Of a stretch of 64,000 bases of DNA, positions 58,118 to 64,000 are shown piece by piece. Within the stretch, counting starts at the first letter, position 1. The number at the start of each line of letters is the position of its first letter. Below the pieces are notes generated by a model. It ran no database searches. It had not been told where the DNA came from and saw only the letters and a list, made by a program, of their open reading frames with translations. Both the position numbers and the translations under genes were made by a program. Source of the stretch: Hyphomicrobiales bacterium. GTDB lineage: Bacteria; Pseudomonadota; Alphaproteobacteria; Rhizobiales; Methyloligellaceae. The stretch is from the NCBI GenBank assembly GCA_965228625.1, contig OZ245829.1, positions 615,137 through 679,136 on the forward strand. The letters are read 5' to 3'.

Positions 58118-58270
58118 ATGAAGTTGAAAATCGGAAAACTGGCGACACGGAAAAACGTCCTTCACCTCATTCGCAGTTTCTGCGTATACAGCGTGCTCGC
58201 CATTGCCGTTATTTATGCCGTCAATTACTGGCCGTTCGGTGAGATCAGGGCGGTCTATGAACGGTATTGA
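58118..58270 (+). CDS. 50-aa single-TM peptide, DltX-like candidate (MKLKIGKLATRKNVLHLIRSFCVYSVLAIAVIYAVNYWPFGEIRAVYERY)
   Basis: Below the ORF-track cutoff, translated codon by codon. ATG lies 12 nt after the upstream stop. Basic N-terminus, one TM helix, Tyr-containing C-terminal hexapeptide. Confidence 0.45.
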   Translation: MKLKIGKLATRKNVLHLIRSFCVYSVLAIAVIYAVNYWPFGEIRAVYERY

Positions 58271-58322
58271 TGTTGGAATGTTCTGTGCCGATGAGCTGCC
58301 GCTCGCATAGGGGGCCCGGGAG

Positions 58323-59186
58323 GTGGGTGTGCGCGCAATCTTCAAGTCAGCATCCGTTGTCTCATGGCGCTTTGCCAAGCCGCTCGTAATCCTGGCTGTT
58401 TTTGTTGTTCTCTGGAGCGTGGTACTGACGCTGGCGGTGAAGTCCGGATTCCTCTGGGACGTGCTTTCACCCCGCCTGGCCGCGGACCAGCGATACGGCA
58501 CGCAGAACCTGGTCATGAGCACGGCCGACACGGCAAAGCGCGTTCTCGTGATCGGTGACAGTGCGTTCGTGGCGCGCCTCCGGAAAACTGATGACGCCAG
58601 GTCCGATACCGAATTTCTGACCATTGATGCGCTTGACCCGGACGATATCACCACCGCACTCAGCGCGATTGCACGGCACAACAGGAAGCGAGAAAACAAG
58701 GTTCAGTTCTGCAGGCTTGTCCTGCAGGTCTCACCATACTTTGTGGCGCGCATGCGGGATCGGGGAAGCCGCCAAGACGTGACATATTTGCGCGCGCTGG
58801 AGCAGAAAAGTCCGCCATTCATACCGAACAGGTCGACAAAGACCTTTTTCCAGACGCTGACCAAATGGGCACGGACCCGACCGGCCAAGCTGGACACATC
58901 CGATCCGCAACGCCCCCCGGACTTCCCGCCACAGATTTCGACGCCTGATCCCAACCTCGAAAACTGGACGAAGGTTGAAAGACAGCTTCGCAACAGTGCA
59001 GTCCCGGTCGTCGTTGTTGCTGACCGGAGGTTCTCGGACTATGCGCGGGCGCCTCGGCTCCTCGGCTATTTTGACCGCGACTTCCGAGACCGCATCGTGA
59101 GAGGTCAGGAAACGTCCGGACTCACCACATGGGCTGAATTCTCCGACCTGCGCAACTTGGCGTGGGCGACGTGCCCCAGCTCATAG
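58323..59186 (+). CDS. TM-anchored protein with GDS (SGNH block I-like) motif, no C-terminal D-x-x-H
   Basis: GTG 58323 or 58329 (SD GGGAGG). TM PLVILAVFVVLWSVVLTLAV, VLVIGDSAF. Contains only one His (ARHNRK). Confidence 0.45.
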   Translation: MGVRAIFKSASVVSWRFAKPLVILAVFVVLWSVVLTLAVKSGFLWDVLSPRLAADQRYGTQNLVMSTADTAKRVLVIGDSAFVARLRKTDDARSDTEFLTIDALDPDDITTALSAIARHNRKRENKVQFCRLVLQVSPYFVARMRDRGSRQDVTYLRALEQKSPPFIPNRSTKTFFQTLTKWARTRPAKLDTSDPQRPPDFPPQISTPDPNLENWTKVERQLRNSAVPVVVVADRRFSDYARAPRLLGYFDRDFRDRIVRGQETSGLTTWAEFSDLRNLAWATCPSS

Positions 59187-59204
59187 TGACGGGGCAGTCC
59201 GACC

Positions 59205-60356
59205 ATGCTTGGTGACGTTCTTCTCTATGCGATCTTCGTAGCGCTGGCGTTCTGCCTTTATTGGGTCGCGCCGGGAGACCGGCCGAACATTCGCATCGCG
59301 ATCCTCCTGTGCGTCTCCGCTGCGTTCATTTTTCTCGTTTCGCCCGGCGGCTTCCTGTCGGTGCTGGCTCTGTTCGTTGTTGTCATTGTCGCCAACAGGG
59401 TCTTTGTGCGGTTCAAGACGCCTTACATCCTTCCGATTTTTCTCGGCCTCGCCGTTCTCCCGCTTGTTCTGAGCCGCACCCTCGGAGACCTGACTTTCGT
59501 CTTCACGCTCGGCATCGCTTTCGCAACGGTCCGGAGCATCGGCCTGGTGCTTGATTCCTATGCGGGTCGCAACGTGTTGGAAAAGGCTCGTGTTGGGCTC
59601 TATCTGTTCTTCTTTCCCCTGTATGCGGTCGGTCCCGTTGAGAAGTTTGACTCGTTCCAGGCGAGGTGCTTCACGACGCCGTTTGTTCTTGAGAACGTGT
59701 ATGTCGGCCTTACACGCATGGCCTACGGGGTATTTCTGGCCCATTTCGTCTGCGACTCGCTCATTCTGAACGTCATCAACAATTGGCTGCCGGGCGGGGA
59801 AAGAGCATTCGCCGATTTCACCGTCTCGAACGCGTGGTCATACGTGTTTCTGAGATTTCTCTACACGTATCTGAATTTCGTTGCCTTTACCGAAATTGCC
59901 ATCGGCACATGCCGACTGTTCGGGATGCATATCGTCGAGAACTTCAACTGGCCTCTGATCTCGCGGAACATTCAGGATTTCTGGCGGCGGTACCACATTT
60001 CGATGGGCAACTGGATTACCCGTTATCTGTTCTTTCCCGTTGTCGGTGTCTTGCGGACGGACTGGGCGGTCTATGTCGCCAGTATTTTCTCGTTTGTGAT
60101 GTTCGGGTTGTGGCACGCCTTCACACCAAACTACCTGTTTTGGGGAATCATGCACGGGCTTGCCATTGCGACTTACCAATTCTATCGCAATGCCGAACTG
60201 TACGGCCGGATTCAGCGAATGCGGGTAATCGCCGTACCATTTGGTCTGATTGGCGGCATCATGACCATTTGTTACGTTGCGTGGTTGCAAACGTTCGCGA
60301 ACCTCTCGACCTTCGACGCCGGTTTGGAGCTTACGTCCAGGATGATCGGATGGTAG
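59205..60356 (+). CDS. MBOAT family O-acyltransferase (DltB/AlgI-like)
   Basis: Polytopic. FWRRYHISMGNWITRYLFFPV and GLWHAF...WGIMHGLAI match the MBOAT signature including the catalytic His region. Confidence 0.85.
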   Translation: MLGDVLLYAIFVALAFCLYWVAPGDRPNIRIAILLCVSAAFIFLVSPGGFLSVLALFVVVIVANRVFVRFKTPYILPIFLGLAVLPLVLSRTLGDLTFVFTLGIAFATVRSIGLVLDSYAGRNVLEKARVGLYLFFFPLYAVGPVEKFDSFQARCFTTPFVLENVYVGLTRMAYGVFLAHFVCDSLILNVINNWLPGGERAFADFTVSNAWSYVFLRFLYTYLNFVAFTEIAIGTCRLFGMHIVENFNWPLISRNIQDFWRRYHISMGNWITRYLFFPVVGVLRTDWAVYVASIFSFVMFGLWHAFTPNYLFWGIMHGLAIATYQFYRNAELYGRIQRMRVIAVPFGLIGGIMTICYVAWLQTFANLSTFDAGLELTSRMIGW

Positions 60357-60440
60357 CTTGCCGCCGGTTGGCATCGGATCGAAGCGGGGACAAAAGGACC
60401 GCACCTTGCGGCTTGGCCACTCGTCACACAGGAACGGAAA

Positions 60441-60704
60441 ATGAAAGCCGACGACATCAAAGAGAAGCTATATGCCTATTTCTCCCAGGAATGCGGGATC
60501 AACAAAGAGAGCATAGAAGCGAACCAGCCCATCTTCTCGACCGGACTTTTGGACTCGATCGAGTTGATCAAGCTGATCTCATTCATCGACAAGGAGATCG
60601 GGGTTACAATCAACCCGCTGGACATCGGCTTCGATGAGTTCGATACCATTGATCGGATCGTTGCGAATATCGAAAACGCCGCCGCACCATCGCAAGTCGC
60701 CTAA
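60441..60704 (+). CDS. acyl/peptidyl carrier protein (DltC-like)
   Basis: 87 aa, SD AGGAA. GLLDSIELIKLI phosphopantetheine-attachment Ser motif. Confidence 0.85.
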   Translation: MKADDIKEKLYAYFSQECGINKESIEANQPIFSTGLLDSIELIKLISFIDKEIGVTINPLDIGFDEFDTIDRIVANIENAAAPSQVA

Positions 60705-60763
60705 GGCTGACTTCTCGTCGCCTGCCGCCGTTCCTGGCCCTCAACATCACGCGGCATTGCCGC

Positions 60764-62095
60764 CTAAATACACCTCTGCAGGGCAAGCGCCGTCAGCAGG
60801 ACCCGACAGCCCTCGGCAAAATCACCCATATCCATGGCCTCGTCCGGATTGTGACTGCCATTGGCATTGCGCACCAGAACCATGCCGGAGGGAATGCCGG
60901 CCTTGGTGAACATGGCGGCGTCGTGCCCGGCCGTCGCCATCTCCAGCGCCTCGTGCCCAAGCGTCCGGCACGACTTCGTCAGTCCTGCGCGGATTTCGGG
61001 GTCGAGGGGGCGCGGCGGCGTTCCCGTGGCCGGGCCAAGCTCGAACTTCACGCGGCGGTGCGCCTCGATGTCATTTGCGGCATTTGCAACGCGGCGATGG
61101 AACTCATCGATATCCGCGGCGCGGGTGGTGCCGAAGTTGAGCGTGAACGTCACGTGCCCCGGAACCGTCGTCATGCCGTGGGCCCCCGGATCGGTAAAGA
61201 ACTCCCCGACGGTGAGCACCGAGTCCGCACTTCCCGCCGCTTCCAGTTCCTGCCAAAAACCGTCAAGCCGCATGACCAGGTCAGCGGTCGCCAACACCGC
61301 ATCACGCCGGAACGCGCGCGGCACGGCCGCGGAATGCGCATGTGTGCCTTCGCATCGCGCATAAGGATACCGCGCGTTCCCGCGTATGACCGTTGCGACG
61401 GCGACCGGGAGATCGCGCTCCTGGAGGAAAGGCCCCTGCTCGATGTGTAACTCGTAGTATGCAGCAACGTTTTCAGGCGAAAGATAGGGCGGGTTGTCGC
61501 GCAGCTTTCCGGTGTCATAGCCCAGCGCATCGATATGATCGCCAAGCGTCTTGCCGGTGTCCGATCGGACGAGATCGTCGAGCCGCTCGTGGGGCAAGAG
61601 CCCCAGCGCCAGGCTGCTGCCGAGATAGGCGGTGCCAAACCATACGCTTTCCTCGCCGCGTATGCCCATCACGCGAACGTCCTGCTCGGGTTCGAGAGCG
61701 AGCGAGCGCAGGGCCGAGAGGACCGCAATGCCGGCGACCACACCTGCCGCTCCATCATAGTTTCCGCCCACGGGCACGGAATCGAGGTGTGAGCCCAGAA
61801 TGACCGCAGGCCGCGAGCGATCCCTGCCGGGAAGCGTCGCGTACAGGTTTCCCGCGGGGTCATGATCCAGTTCGAGGTCGAGCCTGTTCGCCGCGGCAGC
61901 GATGACCTCGGCTGCGGCCTGTTCACCAGCACCGAACGCCTGCCGTGTCACGCCGGGGCCGTCGGCGCTCACGCGCCGGAGTTCGTCGAATATGCGCGTT
62001 GCCTCCGGCATGGCGGCGGAAATGCCCCGGTCGATACGGGCGATGCAATCGGCATCCACGCCGTCATCGACTCGGACTGGTCGTGCGTCGGGCAT
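60764..62095 (-). CDS. M20 family amidase, hydantoinase/carbamoylase type (allantoate amidohydrolase / N-carbamoyl-L-amino acid hydrolase-like)
   Basis: ILGSHLDSVPVGGNYDGAAGVVAG motif. Start uncertain (62095 ATG or 62146 TTG). Confidence 0.8.
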   Translation of the reverse strand: MPDARPVRVDDGVDADCIARIDRGISAAMPEATRIFDELRRVSADGPGVTRQAFGAGEQAAAEVIAAAANRLDLELDHDPAGNLYATLPGRDRSRPAVILGSHLDSVPVGGNYDGAAGVVAGIAVLSALRSLALEPEQDVRVMGIRGEESVWFGTAYLGSSLALGLLPHERLDDLVRSDTGKTLGDHIDALGYDTGKLRDNPPYLSPENVAAYYELHIEQGPFLQERDLPVAVATVIRGNARYPYARCEGTHAHSAAVPRAFRRDAVLATADLVMRLDGFWQELEAAGSADSVLTVGEFFTDPGAHGMTTVPGHVTFTLNFGTTRAADIDEFHRRVANAANDIEAHRRVKFELGPATGTPPRPLDPEIRAGLTKSCRTLGHEALEMATAGHDAAMFTKAGIPSGMVLVRNANGSHNPDEAMDMGDFAEGCRVLLTALALQRCI

Positions 62096-62148
62096 GGCCA
62101 ATGTTGGAAACGAATGCGCGCTGAGTCGAATAATCATTCGCTTCAAGC

Positions 62149-62167
62149 CGATAACGCCAAATTATCG
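62149..62167. promoter_or_regulatory. candidate LysR box CGATAA-N7-TTATCG (contains T-N11-A)
   Basis: Verified inverted repeat in the divergent region between the amidase and lysR genes. Confidence 0.3.
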
Positions 62168-62325
62168 TGTTTCATCGAAACGTCCGGGAACGCAGCCGGA
62201 ACGCTCCGAACTCCATCACTAATGCCTGGTATTGGCGTCCCGCTTATAATCTGCATGAATAGTCCGGGACAAAGGACACGGATCGGCGCGGCCGATGCCG
62301 TGCAATCGCATTCGGGAGATGGTCC

Positions 62326-63207
62326 ATGGTGAACCTGCGGCAGTTGGAGGTTTTTCGCGCCGTCATGGATGCCGGCACCACAGGGGCGGCTGCCGAACTC
62401 CTGAACATCTCCCAGCCCGCCGTCAGCAACATGATCCGCCAGACGGAAGACCAGCTCGGTTTCAAGCTGTTCGAGCGAAGCCGTGGACGCTTGTGGCGCA
62501 CGGCCGAGGCGGAAGCGCTGTACCGGGAGACGGAGGCCATGTTCATCATGTTCCGCTCCGTGCAGCAGAAGACGGAAGACTTGCGCGATGCAAAGGTCGG
62601 TTCCATACGCATTGCCGCAACGCCGAGTGTCGGACTCGCACTCGTGCCCGCGGCTCTGAAGCGGTTTCTCGCCGATCGACCCAAGGTGAAGGCAACGGTC
62701 GACATTCGCGGCAGCGACAACCTCGTGAAGCATATCGATTCCGGGCTCGCGGAAGTCGCCGTGTCCATGGAGCCGCTCGAGCATCCTTCGGTGACCGCCA
62801 TGCCGATCCACATGGGCAACATGGCGTGCGTCATGCCTGCCGATCATCCGCTTGCCGAACTGAAGAGTGTCCGGCCCTCCGACCTCGAACCGCACATATT
62901 TGTTGCGTTGGGACGTAACACCCCGCTTGGAGCGCTGGTTGAGAGTGCATTCCGGACGGCGGACGTTCCGTATCGCTGGCACGTGGAAACGCGCTATTGC
63001 AATGCCGCCTGCGCCCTGGCGCTGGAAATCGGCGCCGTTACCATCGTCGATCCGTATACGATCGCCAAGGTTCCGCAGGAGGCCATGGCGGTTCGTGCTT
63101 TCGTGCCGACAATCCAGGTGAGCGCCTATGTGGTCCACTCGACGATCCGGCCGTTGTCGCGACTGGCGACCAACTTCATTGCCGACCTGGAAGCCTCGCT
63201 TCGCTGA
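62326..63207 (+). CDS. LysR family transcriptional regulator
   Basis: MVNLRQLEVFRAVMDAGTTGAAAELLNISQPAVSNMIRQ HTH. Confidence 0.9.
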   Translation: MVNLRQLEVFRAVMDAGTTGAAAELLNISQPAVSNMIRQTEDQLGFKLFERSRGRLWRTAEAEALYRETEAMFIMFRSVQQKTEDLRDAKVGSIRIAATPSVGLALVPAALKRFLADRPKVKATVDIRGSDNLVKHIDSGLAEVAVSMEPLEHPSVTAMPIHMGNMACVMPADHPLAELKSVRPSDLEPHIFVALGRNTPLGALVESAFRTADVPYRWHVETRYCNAACALALEIGAVTIVDPYTIAKVPQEAMAVRAFVPTIQVSAYVVHSTIRPLSRLATNFIADLEASLR

Positions 63208-63312
63208 ACGCGCCCACTTTTGGTACGACACAGAGTGTGATCTCGTGCGAGACGCACGACCGCTTCTGCTTCCGAAGCAAGCGTTTGGCTGGTTCGAGTT
63301 TTGTGGACCAGG

Positions 63313-63513
63313 CTAGGCCTTCTTCAACTCCACCGGGTTCACATCCTGAAAGAACCCGTTGACTCGATCCGAAATCCAGTCAATCGGGAACCGGCAGGCA
63401 TCGCCAAAGCTCTCTCGCACCCTGCTTGCAGTGCATTGAAGCTCGGCGTGGCGTGCCAGATCGGGACGCGAGTGACCCAACATGCTCCTTGTGAGAACGA
63501 GATCTTGCAGCAT
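63313..63513 (-). CDS. hypothetical 66-aa protein
   Basis: SD GAGGTG 7 nt upstream of the ATG. No family recognised. Divergent from the XRE gene, lower-GC context. Confidence 0.4.
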   Translation of the reverse strand: MLQDLVLTRSMLGHSRPDLARHAELQCTASRVRESFGDACRFPIDWISDRVNGFFQDVNPVELKKA

Positions 63514-63754
63514 GGCACTTCACCTCGACTTTGCTCCGCTCACGATCCGAATGACTGGCCGGACCTTTTGAGCGCACATATTGCGTCTTTGACTCCTAAA
63601 ATGTGCACTTAGTGCGTATTGGTCAAGCGCAGAAGCGCACTCTGTGCATAACTGGCGCAATTTGTGCATCGGGCTCAGTGGTCAGCGGATCGTCAACCGA
63701 GGCGAACGGCTGATCGAAGAAGGAGGCCAGCGGGTAAGGAAAAGACAGGTGCAG

Positions 63755-63982
63755 ATGAGTCCCTACCAGTTTCGCAAATGGCGGAAATCGCTGGGTCTTA
63801 AGCAGAGCGAGGCGGCCGAGCTGCTTGGGCTCAAGAAGCGGATGATCCAGTACTACGAGAACGGCGAGCGGAACGGAAAAAAGGTCAAGATCCCGAAATA
63901 CATCCGCCTTGCGTGCTTCGCGATCCAGAACGGCGTTTCAGACTTCGACGGCGAAAAGGAAACGGCGAAACTCCGGAAGTAG
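63755..63982 (+). CDS. XRE-type helix-turn-helix protein (75 aa)
   Basis: Start at MSPYQFRKWRKSLGLKQSEAAELLGLKKRMIQYYENG (classic XRE HTH). Confidence 0.65.
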   Translation: MSPYQFRKWRKSLGLKQSEAAELLGLKKRMIQYYENGERNGKKVKIPKYIRLACFAIQNGVSDFDGEKETAKLRK

Positions 63983-64000
63983 CACCCGAGTCTCCGGCGC

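Noticed and set aside
53710-60763. Integrase, transposase, tRNA or flanking direct repeats that would define the lower-GC island as a classical genomic island
   Set aside because: None could be found by eye at either boundary. The island call therefore rests only on composition and gene content.
1-64000. CRISPR arrays, rRNA and tRNA genes, IS elements
   Set aside because: I saw no regularly spaced short repeats, no rRNA-like or cloverleaf-like segments in the intergenic regions, and no transposase-like ORFs. A tRNA or sRNA scan by software (tRNAscan-SE, Infernal) would be needed for certainty.

Overview
High-GC chromosomal segment from a Gram-negative bacterium. It is most likely an alphaproteobacterium, judged only from gene content (IalB, TRAP-T, gatC-gatA...gatB layout, MDSRFRGN-type palindromic repeat). 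No similarity search was possible, so all family calls rest on motifs read from the ORF-track translations and from my own translations. About 60 protein genes are supported. Most are ordinary metabolism, transport and stress genes:
- Transport: MFS x2, KefB/C-type CPA2 antiporter, SLC13/DASS plus tandem USP, DctQMP TRAP system, DMT.
- Redox and stress: GSTs, 1-Cys peroxiredoxin, glutathione peroxidase, quinone oxidoreductase.
- Other enzymes: UbiG, epoxide hydrolase, FeS-type photolyase, patatin.
- Regulators: Crp/Fnr, AraC, GntR, LysR.
- The gatC-gatA-ridA-chorismate mutase-gatB operon.
- Two type V secretion adhesins: one inverse autotransporter with a beta-helix passenger, and one classical autotransporter.

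I saw no rRNA, tRNA, CRISPR array, transposase or integrase.

Two regions stand out:
1. 53830-60704 is a block of visibly lower GC. It encodes a complete Dlt-like envelope acylation system: an ANL adenylase, an SGNH/DltD-like protein, an unannotated 50-aa DltX-like peptide, a second GDS protein, an MBOAT and a carrier protein. A membrane-anchored DMFase-beta-like protein is encoded divergently next to it.
2. 48526-49130 and 52135-52739 are a roughly 605-bp direct repeat pair. Its near-identical 274-bp core holds a 39-aa secreted mini-protein gene behind a 145-nt structured leader that can sequester the SD. The two copies bracket a dioxygenase / DUF5996 / exported-RidA module and a DUF5996 gene relic.

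Many long ORFs in the track are antisense shadow ORFs typical of high-GC DNA and were rejected. The track translates alternative start codons (GTG/TTG) as M, so several starts were re-placed at internal ATG/GTG codons with better SD sequences. Start coordinates are the least certain part of the annotation.
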